A stretch of DNA of 64,000 nt from Prasinococcaceae sp. CCMP 1430 (GCA_013416795.1 RQSC01000021.1:62001-126000), one strand, 5' to 3'; positions 11,187 to 22,263 are shown, counted from the stretch's first letter. Program-made: numbers and translations. Notes: generated by a model not told the origin, from the sequence alone.

Positions 11187-12551
11187 TCACGCAATGGCGA
11201 GGCATGTGACCTTGCCTCCCTCACCGACGGTCTCGACCGCAGTCTTGAGCGCCCTCACCGACTCGGCGGTCGCACGGAAGAGGCATCGCCCGTCGCCCCC
11301 AACAATGGAGTATGCACCACCTGCAGCCATCGCAATGCACGTGACCCCGTCCATGCACTGTGCGAGCGAGGCTTTGAATGTCTCGTGGTGCGTCGCCGAG
11401 ATAGCGAAGCGCGCGCCACCATACGAGCGGACGGCGTCGCGGCGGCGCCACGTCAGAGCCCAGCCGCCGTCGGGCGCCAGCGCCACACGGTCCACCGCAC
11501 CACCTTCAAACTCAATCACCTCCTTGGCCGCGTCGGCCAGCGGCTGCCTGGCAGCCACAAGCCGGTACGAGCACTCCGTGCTGCCGTCTGCAGTTGTGCT
11601 GACCACCACCCACTCGTCGGTGGCCGCAGCGCCCGCGGTGTTGGAGCTCATGGACAGGGACACGCAGGTGATCTCGCCGCCGGCGCTCACAATGGTCGTC
11701 AGTTTCTCCCCGAGCTCCTTGCCGAGCACGCCCTTGTAGCCGCGTCCGCCGCCGTATATAACCACCCAGGCGGTGCCTGCGAGCGCCACCCAATTCACCT
11801 CTTCGTTGTGGCGATTGAGCTCGGCGAGCGCCGCATTGAGCGCTGGCACGCGCGTCGTGCAGCTGAACGCGTTGCGGCCAGCGACCGCCACAAATTGGAG
11901 CTCAGAGACTGGCGACGTCGCCCCTACAGCGGCTGCGGACACAGGAGCGGGCGGAGCACCCAGCGGCGACCCTATGGCGGCGGTGGCAGCGGCAAGCGCG
12001 ACAGGGGGCGTCGGCGAGGCAGGCCCCGGCTCAGGTTTGGACGTGGGCGGCGCAGGCGACGATGGGTCTACCGCCGTAGGTGCAGCCACGGAGCGATCCC
12101 GTGCGTCCGCCACGGGAGCTTCAGCCTGGAGGGCCTGCGCCACCGATGCGGGCGGCACCGAGGGCGTAGCTGGGGCCAAAGAGGTGGAATCCTCAGCGAT
12201 AGGAGAGGCCGGCGGTTCGGAAGGGCTGGATGACTCAGCCGGCGGGGTTGGTGGCGCGGGTGCGTCCGTAGCTGTCGGAGGGGCAGGTGACGCGGGTGTG
12301 TCCTGTGCTCCCGGATGAGCCTGCGGCGCAGGCGGGGACGGAGCGTCGGCTAAGGCAGGCGAGGCCTGAGCTAACGACGGCTCCAAGAGTGCGGGCAGGT
12401 CACCCACGTCCATGCCCGCCATCTCGGCGACGAGCGCGTCGTTGCTCAGCGCCTCGCCGGCGTCATCCCCTTCGCTCTCGTCCCTGTCGTCATCGCCGCC
12501 CGCAGACACTGCATCCGGCGTCGGCGTCGGCGACGGAGCCGCCGCCGCCAT
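11187..12551 (-). CDS. Hypothetical protein (454 aa): acidic/Pro-Ala-rich N-terminus plus about 5 degenerate helix-strand-strand repeats
   Basis: ATG at 12551 (MAAAAPSP). Repeats: VNWVALAGTAWVVIY / ITCVSLS..EWVVVS / VDRVALAPDGGWALTW / VTCIAMAAGGAYSIV / VTCLAIA. Confidence 0.65.
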   Translation of the reverse strand: MAAAAPSPTPTPDAVSAGGDDDRDESEGDDAGEALSNDALVAEMAGMDVGDLPALLEPSLAQASPALADAPSPPAPQAHPGAQDTPASPAPPTATDAPAPPTPPAESSSPSEPPASPIAEDSTSLAPATPSVPPASVAQALQAEAPVADARDRSVAAPTAVDPSSPAPPTSKPEPGPASPTPPVALAAATAAIGSPLGAPPAPVSAAAVGATSPVSELQFVAVAGRNAFSCTTRVPALNAALAELNRHNEEVNWVALAGTAWVVIYGGGRGYKGVLGKELGEKLTTIVSAGGEITCVSLSMSSNTAGAAATDEWVVVSTTADGSTECSYRLVAARQPLADAAKEVIEFEGGAVDRVALAPDGGWALTWRRRDAVRSYGGARFAISATHHETFKASLAQCMDGVTCIAMAAGGAYSIVGGDGRCLFRATAESVRALKTAVETVGEGGKVTCLAIA

Positions 12552-13150
12552 CGCTTCTGACGGAACAGGGCGGGACCCCCACCCTCCCACCCCCCCACCC
12601 CCCCTACCCCCACCCCCCTCCCTCCGCCGGGTCGCGGTCCCGCGCCCCCGCCGCCCTTGTGGCGCACCCACCGCGGAGGCGCACGCGCATCGACCCGAGC
12701 CGCAGGCGAGCGCGAGCTGGCGGCGCCATAACGGGTCGGCACCGGCTGGGCGGCGCACGAGCGTGCGCTCGAAAGGGGTTTGGGTTCGTGCTGCGGGGTT
12801 ATGGTTTCGAATGAGGGTACAGTAGCTACACTAAAAGTCATGTCACATTCGCATGCAGATGCATTGATTCTGGTGCAGATTGCTGGGGTCGGGTCGGCAA
12901 GAACATTTGCACCACCCCATCCGTCAGAGTGGCTCGCAGCAGGGAGAGGACGGGCGTGTTTGTGAGTGACCGCGGTGGCTCCGCACACGCTCCGCAAGTG
13001 GGCGGGCTGGTGGGAGCAAGCAGAGTGGGTGTGAGCTCGGGCATCGTGGCGATCCTCCTCGCGGAGCCGCCACGCGCCCGCCGCGCGCTGCGCTGCGCTG
13101 CGCTGCTGCCGCTGCGCCGCGGCGCACCGACAGCCGCGCGTTTCGGATAG

Positions 13151-13394
13151 CGGCGAGTCATCGAAATACGCAATTCAAATAGACCTGATATTTACCCACG
13201 GGCACCACCAGCGCCTCTATATTGAAAAGCGTTGTGGTTGTTTCGGGTGCGTTTCGGTGCGCGACCGCGCGCATGCTCGGCGGCGAGTCATCGAAATAAG
13301 CAATTAAAGTAGACGTATTATTTACCCACGGGCACCACCAACGCCTCGATTGAAAAGCGTTGTGGTGTTTCGGTGCGCGACCGCGCGCATGCTC
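13151..13394. repeat. Tandem imperfect duplication, 130-bp period, each copy with a hairpin
   Basis: CGGCGAGTCATCGAAATA starts copies at 13151 and 13281; both end CGACCGCGCGCATGCTC (13278, 13394). Confidence 0.9.
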
Positions 13395-13588
13395 TTTGTC
13401 CTGCCGGTCTCTGAGCGAATGCGTTTTGATGTGGGCGTGCGAGCAGCGGTGCGGCGCGGCGGCGGCGCGGTCGCGCGGGCCCTGCACAGATCGGCACGTT
13501 TTTGTGCGCGCGGCCGCAGCGGCTTCACACGGACCGCGCCGACGACGGAGCTCGCAGCAGCTCCGCCGGCACGGCGCTCGCTGCGGGT

Positions 13589-15058
13589 ATGACCACGGAC
13601 GATGTTGATGCGACCGCCGTGACCGAGGAGCACGCAACCGCAGAGGCTCGTGTCACCGCCGAGGCTGCGGCAGCCGCGGATGCGGACACCGCGCGCGTGA
13701 GCGCGACGGCGGACGTCTCCGACGGCACATCGCTCCACGAGGGTAGCAGTGCCTTTGATTCGAGCGGGCAGAGCTTCGGGGCATTCGGGGAGGCGAAAAC
13801 GGTGGCCGAGGCTTCGGAGATGACGCTAGAGGTGTTGGAAGAGCAACAGCATTCAGGAGCGATTACGCACCAGAAAGCACTTGAGTGTGAAGAGAGCGAT
13901 GACAGCTTCGGCGGCTTCGGCGAGGCCGACGGCAACGAGGCACAGCCTGTGATGGCGGCTGGAGGCGCCGACGACGGCTTCGGCGACTTTAGCGCCACTG
14001 ATGCCGTCAAAACCGCCGAGGCGGCTCAACCTGCGCCGGCGGCTGCGGACGACGATGATGGCTTCGACGACTTCGGCGATGCTGGCGCCGCTGACGCAGT
14101 CGAGGACACGCTCGCGCACGCTGGTGGAGACGATGATGATGGTGGCTTCGGTGACTTCGGCAGTGCTGACGATGCCAGGTCCTCTGAGGCTCAGCCTGCG
14201 CAGGTACCTGGGGGGGACGTCGACGATGGCTTCGGCGACTTCGGCGAGGCTAGCGGCGCCAAGACGGGCGAGATTCAGCTTGCACGCAACGCTGGGGAAG
14301 GTGACGATGACTTTGGCGACTTTGGTGAGGCGGAGTCTTCAGCTTCTCTGCGTGCACAGGATGGCGAGGATGCAGACGACGGCTTCGGCGACTTCGGCGA
14401 ATTTGATCAGGCGGAGGCTTTCAGTGCTCAGCTTCCAACGGATGCTCGCGACGACGACGGCTTCGGCGACTTCGACGAGGCCGAGGGTGCCGACGCTCCA
14501 CCTGGCCAGGCCGCTGAGGACGACGACGACGGCTTCGGCGACTTCGACGAGGCCGAGGGTGCCGACGCTCGACCTGACGAGGCCGCTGGAGACGACGACG
14601 ACGGCTTCGGCGACTTCGACGAGGCGGACGGCGCTGATGGCCAGCATGGGCACTTGGCGGCGCAGCCGCAGCCAGCGCAACAGCCTGCCGAGCATGCGTC
14701 ACAACCCCAGGGTATCTCCCTTGACCTCTATGGCGCGGCCTCGCCAGAGGAGACCCTGCAGCTCATCCGCGCGTTCATGCAGAAGGCATTTGGTCGCCCT
14801 GCGGCCCATGACAATGGGGCAACTGACCGAGCTGCGTCAAAGCTGGCAGAGCTCCTCGCGCGCATGCCACTCCATGAGGGAGGGGCGGAGCCTCTGCGTT
14901 GGGCGACGTCCCATGCGCGGGCCGTTCTATTGCAGGCGTGCGGCGCCTCCGCGACCGATGCCGTCGCAGGTGCAGGGAGCTCGCCGCTGCAGGTGGAAGC
15001 CAGTCCCGCGCTGCTCGCCGTGCTGGAGCTGTTGCCTGAGCTGGACTACATGTTGTGA
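13589..15058 (+). CDS. Aftiphilin-like AP-1/clathrin accessory protein with about 11 acidic FGxF motifs (489 aa)
   Basis: ATG at 13589. Repeated DDGFGDF motifs fit the AP-1 gamma-ear/GGA-binding consensus. C-terminal LRWATSHARAVLLQACG resembles the aftiphilin C-terminal motif (W.GSHS.KKLL..LG). Confidence 0.65.
   Translation: MTTDDVDATAVTEEHATAEARVTAEAAAAADADTARVSATADVSDGTSLHEGSSAFDSSGQSFGAFGEAKTVAEASEMTLEVLEEQQHSGAITHQKALECEESDDSFGGFGEADGNEAQPVMAAGGADDGFGDFSATDAVKTAEAAQPAPAAADDDDGFDDFGDAGAADAVEDTLAHAGGDDDDGGFGDFGSADDARSSEAQPAQVPGGDVDDGFGDFGEASGAKTGEIQLARNAGEGDDDFGDFGEAESSASLRAQDGEDADDGFGDFGEFDQAEAFSAQLPTDARDDDGFGDFDEAEGADAPPGQAAEDDDDGFGDFDEAEGADARPDEAAGDDDDGFGDFDEADGADGQHGHLAAQPQPAQQPAEHASQPQGISLDLYGAASPEETLQLIRAFMQKAFGRPAAHDNGATDRAASKLAELLARMPLHEGGAEPLRWATSHARAVLLQACGASATDAVAGAGSSPLQVEASPALLAVLELLPELDYML
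14450..14635 (+). repeat. Three 72-bp (24-aa) coding tandem repeats, DDDGFGDFDEAEGADA
   Basis: Near-identical GACGACGACGGCTTCGGCGACTTCGACGAGGC units at 72-nt spacing. Confidence 0.9.
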
Positions 15059-15309
15059 GCTCCAGGTCGACCTTGTATCATACCATATTTTAATGTGAAC
15101 TACTTCTGTGACAAGGTAGCATTCAAAGCGCAACTTATGCTCGTCGTGGAGGCCAGTTTTTGTACTGCACGCGTGGCTGTCATACTGTAGATGCGTAGGG
15201 CGGAAGCAGACGGCGACCCCAAGCTCTTTGGAAAAGAAATGTCAATCTTACAAGAGCTTTGTCCTACGATGCGTGCAACGAGTGCAGTGACTGCCAACGA
15301 CGGTCTGGC

Positions 15310-16347
15310 TCAGGCGTCGGACTGGATGACCGACTCCGCGAATGTGACGACCGCGTCGTGAAACTGTGCGCGGCGCTCGTGCTGCAAGATGTGACCAGTC
15401 TCGAGGTAGATGGTAGCCTGAGCCTGAGGTCCGTAAGCCTCGCGCAGGCGGTGGACGCTCTCTACACTGTGGTGCCCATCGGAGTCGCCGCTGACGAAGA
15501 GCGCCGGCGGCAGCTCGACGTCGCCGGAATCGTGAATAGCAGCCAGCTCGGGGCGAAAGTCGATCCCCCTGATGGTGTCGAGCATGATCATGTTCGACGG
15601 GAGGCGGAAGCTGCGCGTATGCTTGCTCCAGGTGTAGTCGACGGACTCACGCGTACCGGGGTAGAACGCCGCGTCGTGCTCGGCGCGTGCTTCCTCCCAA
15701 GCCGCCTCGTCGCCTGATTGGCAGCGCATGATGCGCTCGCGTATCACGTCAACTTCCTCCTCGCTGAAATTCAGGGGCGGCTCGCCTTGGCCGACACCTC
15801 CAGCCACGATGCCAATCACACGGTCGGGATGACGCAGAGCGATCTGCGTCGCCGTGGCAGCTCCCCACGAGACTCCGAGGAACAGCGCTTTCTGGCGGCC
15901 GAGATAGTCAAGCAAATCAATTGCGGCGTCCGCGAAGTCGGAGAGGCTCCAGGGCTCCTCCGGCCATTCGGCGGGGTCGGGGGAAAAACGCGTGCCCGGC
16001 GCATCCCACGCGACCATACACCACCCGAGGCGGTTGGCGATGGGGCGGGCGTACGTCCAGTCGTCGGCGCTGCTGGACCATCCATGGAGCCCGAAGATGA
16101 GCGGGGCGTCGGGGGAGGAGCCCGCAGGGCAGTACACCCAGTGCGCTGCCGGAGCGACGACGGGGCCGATGGAAGTGGAGGGCGTCAAGGCCGCCGCAGA
16201 GGCAGCGCCCGTCGCGGCGTTCGCCGAGGCTACCTTATCTCCTGCTGCTGACTCTGGCGCGGCGGCGAGGCGCGGCGGCGCAGAGCAGAGCAGCGCGCAG
16301 CAGGCCAGCAGCAGCAGGCCGCTGCTGGCGACGAGAGTATTCGCCAT
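15310..16347 (-). CDS. Secreted or membrane-anchored alpha/beta-fold hydrolase (345 aa)
   Basis: ATG at 16347 starts a hydrophobic leader (LLLLACCALLC). Oxyanion motif LHGW, nucleophile elbow GVSWG, acid in SGDSD, catalytic His in TGHILQHE. Confidence 0.85.
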   Translation of the reverse strand: MANTLVASSGLLLLACCALLCSAPPRLAAAPESAAGDKVASANAATGAASAAALTPSTSIGPVVAPAAHWVYCPAGSSPDAPLIFGLHGWSSSADDWTYARPIANRLGWCMVAWDAPGTRFSPDPAEWPEEPWSLSDFADAAIDLLDYLGRQKALFLGVSWGAATATQIALRHPDRVIGIVAGGVGQGEPPLNFSEEEVDVIRERIMRCQSGDEAAWEEARAEHDAAFYPGTRESVDYTWSKHTRSFRLPSNMIMLDTIRGIDFRPELAAIHDSGDVELPPALFVSGDSDGHHSVESVHRLREAYGPQAQATIYLETGHILQHERRAQFHDAVVTFAESVIQSDA

Positions 16348-16887
16348 AGCGGCGGGCTCGGCGTGGACGCCCGGCGTGGACGCAGGAGGCGCCGCGTGCG
16401 CCGCGCTGCGAGCACGGGCCGACGTCGTCGAGTCCTGTGTGGCACGGCACACATGGCACACACATTCAGAATGTGTTTTTCGCGCGAACAATGCCGCGCC
16501 TGAATTTAATTCATTCCGAGGCAACGTTTGTGGAAGCGCATCGAGGCTGCGGTGCCGAATATGACGAGGAAAATGCAACAAATTTCCGCATGCGCGAACA
16601 AAAGCACCATCAGTACCTGGGCAGGTACGGTGCCTACAGCGGCGCAGAAGCACGCAGATGTGAGCGCGACCACTCATACGGAAGCATCGCTCGCGCCAAA
16701 ATCGCACTTGACACCAAGGGCCGCAACTTACAGATGGCTCAGATGGCATGGGCCAGCCACTCATGACAAGGGGTAGCGCACCGCCCGCACACCGTCCACC
16801 CATCCCGCGCATCGGGATCGCCTGACCCTCGACGAAGTTGCTGTGGCACTCGGCGCGCGCCGCGCTCCGTTCGACCTGCTCTGCTCA

Positions 16888-19428
16888 TCATGAGTACTTT
16901 GCGATCTGCGGGGGCGGGAATGGGAAGGCAGAGCGCATGGCATTCGTCAGCAGCGGCTCAGAAGAAGGGCACGCGCGCTCGCTGGCTCGCCCCACCACCC
17001 TGGAGCGCGGCGCGCAACTTACGATAGATCGGTGGAGGCTGCAGAGCCACTCGACGTAGCTCATCCCGCTGCCGCTCCTGTCGTCGACCAGCATGGAGAA
17101 GACCGCCCGCTCGAGCGCGTCCCCGCGTCGCACCAGCCGCAGCCGCAAGTAATTACACCGCCTCCGGCGGACCTCGTTCACCGCCCTGTTGACCGCCTCG
17201 CTCCACGGCCCGCCCAGCCGCTGCAATGAGAACTGCTGCGGATCCACCTGGCCCGGAGGCGCGCCCAGCACGTCGTTGATTGCCGCGGGGTCCGCCTGCG
17301 CGCCGAGCCACAGGTACGCGCTTTGGCCGTCCTCAATAAGGAAGAAGCCGCCGGGCACGAGGTGCTCGCTCGACAGCGTTGAGGGGTTGGGCAAGGGAAT
17401 GTCCGCAGGCAGACCGTTTTCCTCCGCAGCGGGCCCCACCGTGTGCAGCGCGTAGAGGCACGGGTACACAAGGGGCGCCACCGTCGCTGCGCCCCCGGTG
17501 AGCGCGCGCACGAGCCACGCCGCGCGCTCGTCCGCGAGCACTTCAGAACCGCGCAGGCCCGGGCTCTTGATGAGACCGAGCGTGTAGAGCGGGCTAAGCT
17601 TGAGAGCCTCGGGCAAGATCAGCTGCCCCGACGAGGAGCTGCTCGCGCAGAATTTGCGGTAGGCGAAAAGAATTTCCACCGTGCGTTCGACGCATTTCTC
17701 GCGCAGCGTCTTGAACGGCTTCGAGCCCACCGAGCGCGCAGCGTCCTTGATCATGAATGCCGTCTGCGTCTCGAGATCTGCGCCGCGGTAGAGGTTGCCA
17801 AGCACCTCGGTGACCGGCAGGCTGAGCGTGTGCACGCGGATGCGCCGCTGGCCCTCGGTCGTCGTATACAGCAGCGCGCACTGGAACGCAGCCTCCATGC
17901 CCGAAGGCAGCCTCTCCTCGTGTTTGACACTCACGTACAGAGCCTTGTCGCAGTCCATCTGTGGCACGTCAAGGTCCGTCGCACTACGCTGGCAGAAGTG
18001 GCCGTAGTGGTCGGTCACCGTGAGCCCCTGGCTCGTGCGCACGCGCAGGACGCCCTCGAGCGCTGTGGGGCGCACAATCGCCCAGCGCAGGTCGTTGAAG
18101 AGTTTGGGCGAGTCGAGCGCGGGATTGTACGGCGTGTAGAGCTGCACGTCTCCGCCCGTCTCGCGCGCGAGGGGCGTGAGGCTCGCAAGGTCCATGTAAC
18201 CCTGCGGCGTCAGGAACAGGTCGACGCACACCTGATACTCGGCGCACGCCTGCCCCATGCGGAAGTACGTAGGGTCGGCGGGAGCGGCAAGCTTGTGCAC
18301 GGTCTCCGAGTTGGCGCCGGCCTGGCGGTCTTTGAGAACACCCACGCCCACGGTCGGCGCGGACGACGCGAGCACGAACAGTCGCCCTCCGGTCGGCTTC
18401 AGCGCCTCGAGCGCGCCCTTGACAGCGGAGCCCATCGCGGCCTCGCGCGGCGGGTAGTCGCGGTGCATCGCTGGGAGCGAGTCCAGCAGACCCTCGAGCA
18501 TCTCCTTGCATTCGTCGACCACGCCGAGCAAGTACTTGGGGCACGGCGCGTACACGTTGGCAATGTCGGGCACGACCATCATCGCGGGCTGCGTCTGGCC
18601 CGGCTTGAGGCTATAGAAGTTGATCGCGCGGTCGTAGGTCGCAAGGCCCACCTTGGTGCGTCCGGGGTGCGGCACGGAGCCCAGCAGCTGCTTGATCGAG
18701 CGGCAGGCGTTCTCGAAGGCGCCCGAAGTCACCGAGGCAGCGGAGGCGTCGAGCAGGAAGAAGAAGACGGGGTCCATGGGCGGCCGCACCATGTACGCGT
18801 CGGGCGCGACGAAGTCGACGGAGCCCCGGCAGAGCTCGGGCCGCTCGTGCGCGTCCAGCCGCCTGCCGTCGGCGCCCAGCGCGCAGGCGTACTGCTGGGG
18901 CACATCCCCGCTCGCCCCGCAGAAGTTGCACGTGTAGCGCCGGCCTTGCTCATTGAAGCGGAAGTGGGGGTTGACGTACGCCTTGCAGCGCAAACACCGC
19001 AAGGGGCCCATCTCGCCCATGTCCACCACAGCGACGCCCTCCTCGCCCTGGGCTGGCGAGGCCATCGGCTGCACGATCAGGCCCAAGGGCATGGAGCACA
19101 TGGACATGAGCTCGAAGCGTTCGGGCCACTGGTTCAGCGTGGCGCGCATGTAGCGCGGTGAGCAGTTGCCCGCGTCCTGCACCACGAATTCGGTGTTCGC
19201 GGCGGGCGGCGAGGTCACGCCCGACACCGTGCGCGTCGCATACTGCGTCGCGCCGAACAACGGCTTGGAGCTCGCGCGCGGGATCTGCGCGGGGTCGATG
19301 CGTTCGGAGGCTTTGGCGCCGCTCGTCGCCTGCGCGGGCGGCGCGCCCGGTTTCGTAGGAGCCGCGGCCGGCGCGCCGGGCCTAGCACCTGGCGGCGCGC
19401 CCATCGCGGGCGCCGCCGGCGCGGCCGC
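16888..19428 (-). CDS. SEC24: COPII cargo adaptor Sec24 (Sec24C/D-CEF type); 5' end lost in N gap
   Basis: Zn finger PLRCLRCKAYVNP..YTCNFCG, trunk domain, RRIRVHTLSLP, GQLILPEALKL, gelsolin-like C-terminus. Terminal 117-nt intron 16906-17022 (GTAAGT...CCGCAG) gives the end SLHRSI-IAKYS*. Confidence 0.93.
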   Translation of the reverse strand, partial: AAAPAAPAMGAPPGARPGAPAAAPTKPGAPPAQATSGAKASERIDPAQIPRASSKPLFGATQYATRTVSGVTSPPAANTEFVVQDAGNCSPRYMRATLNQWPERFELMSMCSMPLGLIVQPMASPAQGEEGVAVVDMGEMGPLRCLRCKAYVNPHFRFNEQGRRYTCNFCGASGDVPQQYACALGADGRRLDAHERPELCRGSVDFVAPDAYMVRPPMDPVFFFLLDASAASVTSGAFENACRSIKQLLGSVPHPGRTKVGLATYDRAINFYSLKPGQTQPAMMVVPDIANVYAPCPKYLLGVVDECKEMLEGLLDSLPAMHRDYPPREAAMGSAVKGALEALKPTGGRLFVLASSAPTVGVGVLKDRQAGANSETVHKLAAPADPTYFRMGQACAEYQVCVDLFLTPQGYMDLASLTPLARETGGDVQLYTPYNPALDSPKLFNDLRWAIVRPTALEGVLRVRTSQGLTVTDHYGHFCQRSATDLDVPQMDCDKALYVSVKHEERLPSGMEAAFQCALLYTTTEGQRRIRVHTLSLPVTEVLGNLYRGADLETQTAFMIKDAARSVGSKPFKTLREKCVERTVEILFAYRKFCASSSSSGQLILPEALKLSPLYTLGLIKSPGLRGSEVLADERAAWLVRALTGGAATVAPLVYPCLYALHTVGPAAEENGLPADIPLPNPSTLSSEHLVPGGFFLIEDGQSAYLWLGAQADPAAINDVLGAPPGQVDPQQFSLQRLGGPWSEAVNRAVNEVRRRRCNYLRLRLVRRGDALERAVFSMLVDDRSGSGMSYVEWLCSLHRSIVSCAPRSRVVGRASERACPSSEPLLTNAMRSAFPFPPPQIAKYS

Positions 19429-19913
19429 NNNNNNNNNNNNNNNNNNNNNNNNNNNNNNNNNNNNNNNNNNNNNNNNNNNNNNNNNNNNNNNNNNNNNNNN
19501 NNNNNNNNNNNNNNNNNNNNNNNNNNNNNNNNNNNNNNNNNNNNNNNNNNNNNNNNNNNNNNNNNNNNNNNNNNNNNNNNNNNNNNNNNNNNNNNNNNNN
19601 NNNNNNNNNNNNNNNNNNNNNNNNNNNNNNNNNNNNNNNNNNNNNNNNNNNNNNNNNNNNNNNNNNNNNNNNNNNNNNNNNNNNNNNNNNNNNNNNNNNN
19701 NNNNNNNNNNNNNNNNNNNNNNNNNNNNNNNNNNNNNNNNNNNNNNNNNNNNNNNNNNNNNNNNNNNNNNNNNNNNNNNNNNNNNNNNNNNNNNNNNNNN
19801 NNNNNNNNNNNNNNNNNNNNNNNNNNNNNNNNNNNNNNNNNNNNNNNNNNNNNNNNNNNNNNNNNNNNNNNNNNNNNNNNNNNNNNNNNNNNNNNNNNNN
19901 NNNNNNNNNNNNN
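19429..19913. other. Assembly gap (N run)
   Basis: Continuous n; probably hides the Pro-rich N-terminus and start of Sec24. Confidence 1.
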
Positions 19914-20494
19914 GGGCTGCGCGCGCTGCGGCGACGATCGGCGCGCGCGCTGTGGTCCCGGCCGGGCAGCTCCCAACAACACGCCGCGGCGCCGCGCGCG
20001 CGGCTGTTGAACCGGTGGTGAAGACTTCAATCAGCTCAAGGCACCTCACACTACACATCACATCGCACATCACATCTCCCTTGCCCCCATCAAACAAACA
20101 GCAGGGCTGCATGAAAACTAAAAACTGAACGGCACCCGGCTGACCACTTTTTTTTTTTCCGCTGTGCGCGAGTCGGCGGTTTGCCAAACGTTCCGGTGCG
20201 CGCCGCGTCCCGCGGACGGATGGCGAAAGGAATGCAGGTTCGGCGTGGAAAAAGCGGAAGAATGGATGAAATTTGCAGGCGCGTGGCCGGCGCGCGCCGC
20301 GATCGCACCACTGCTGATGGCCCTTGACAGCGAGCAAGCACCATCAGGACACCATCAGAACGCACCCGTCTGCGGGCGAGGGCAAGGAAAAAAATCCCGC
20401 GGCGCCCCCCCCCCAAAAGTGTGGAGTGGTGGCGTTTGCGCGCAGGGCGCGGTGGGGCCAGACCGCGTGCGCCTGTCGCCGCGGGGGAGCCGCG

Positions 20495-20948
20495 ATGGTG
20501 TACCCCAAGAGCTGGAGCATGCTGCGCGTCGCGGGCGCCGAGGCCAAGCGCCTCTGGCCCTTCGTGGTGGGCTTCGGCGTCATGAACGTCGCCATCATGA
20601 ACTTTTGCGCAGGCCTCGACGGTGCGTTCCGCGGCGCTCGTCGGGTCACTGGGAGGGGGCTAGTGTAGTGGCAGGTTGTGCGAAGGGGGTCGACGGGCGT
20701 GCTCACGGCGCGCAAGCATGCGGTGGCGATGTTCTGAGCGCGGGTGGATGTGTGGCGCGCCGTGTGGTGCGCCTGCGCGCCCCGCCCGCGCCAGAGGCTG
20801 CCCCGCGCAGCGCCCGCCTGCGCCCTGTGCGAACCCTAAAGCGAGCCGCGCCGCTGACACTGCGCCGCCGCCGCGCTCGCCCGCAGACGAGACGCGCAAA
20901 AACTCGAAGTACTGGGACCCGTACCAGGCGGCCAAGGAGGGCCACTAA
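20495..20948 (+). CDS. Mitochondrial ATP synthase 6-kDa subunit (plant type), 62 aa, 2 exons
   Basis: Exon 1 20495-20621, intron 20622-20886 (GTGCGT...CCGCAG), exon 2 20887-20948. Spliced KRLWPFVVGFGV...CAGLDDETRKNSKY matches the plant 6-kDa subunit (KR.WPFL.GFAV....TAGLTEED.KNSKF). Confidence 0.8.
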
Positions 20949-21428
20949 GCCCGCGCGAGCGGCCCCCTTTCATGTGGCGCTCGCGCGCGCCAGCCTGTAG
21001 CCTGCAGCGGCGTGCTGTTGGGCTGCGCTCCAATTTTGGTTGTCGAAAGTACAGTACACTCTTATTTTTTGACTGACGAGTGCGGGAATGAGTCAGCGCT
21101 GCGCGCCGTTCACTGCCACTCTCGTGCTGTGCACCGCGACTGGCGGGCTGCGTCGCTGCTGCTTTTGCCGCTGCGCCGTGAGCACCTGCCATGCTGTGCG
21201 CCTTGCGCCCAGCGCATGCCAGAGGCAGCACACCGCGAAGCGGTGCGATGACCAAACGGGGAAAACAGAGCTCTTCAAAATGTTGCGATACCAATTTTGT
21301 GCAAACATGTAAACCCTAACAAACGTGCGGATGCAATTGCAGGCTGCTCAAGTGCGCCCCGCAGCAGTGAGCGGCGCGAGCGTGCGCTCGCTGTCTGCAC
21401 CTGTGACTGCAGCAAGTGCAAGCCCCCT

Positions 21429-21622
<194 letters not shown>

Positions 21623-21623
21623 A

Positions 21624-21782
21624 AAGCAGGAACGCCGTCGTGCGCTCGGTAAGCTGCGGGGCCTGCGACTTGGTGAAGTCGATGAAGAAGCTCCACACGC
21701 CGACCTGTGCCCCCACATAGAGGAATTGCGCGATGACGGCCGCGCGCACCGCCGCGCGCGCCGTGCACGACGCAGCAGCCAT
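21624..21782 (-). CDS. FucP/GluP-like MFS sugar permease fragment (TM7 region), interrupted by the poly-C/N join
   Basis: ATG at 21782: MAAASCTARAAVRAAVIAQFLYVGAQVGVWSFFIDFTKSQAPQLTERTTAFLL. This matches the fucose permease signature AQF.YVGAQ...WS..I. Confidence 0.55.
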
Positions 21783-22263
21783 GGCGCTCGACCCCGACGC
21801 CTCCACGCGACGCGTGCGCGCGGACTGCCCCCCATCCCTCGTCCGTCCGCCTTCCCCGCCCTTCCCCACCCGCACGCGTACAAGTGCGGGTGGGGCGGTG
21901 AGGGCCTGTGCGCGAGGCGAGCGCAGGCCTGTGCAGCACCTATTCCTACCTCTAGTTTATCCGCTTTTTTTCTTCGGCTGCTGCGTGGTTTGGAAACGAC
22001 GTCCATCATGAGAACGCATGCGTTTTTCCCCCCGCAGCCATTTTCCCGATCCTGCTCATTTTCCTTTGCGCGCTTTTTCTTTTTTTTCACTGCCGCTTTT
22101 TTTTTAGCGGCGGCTGCGGCTGCGCACCCCTGCGGGGGTGGGGGTGACGTAGGTAGGGGCCACAGCGCGCGCCTCGCGCGAGAGGGGCGAGGGCGCATCC
22201 CCCTAGCCCCTCCGCTCCGCTCTCCCCCGCCCTCTGCCTTCGAAATCGGGGGCCTACGTCGCC

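Noticed and set aside
19914-20337. Upstream extension of the Sec24 ORF beyond the gap
   Set aside because: It reads as promoter/UTR-like sequence (T-runs, no Sec24 similarity); frame continuity across Ns is meaningless.
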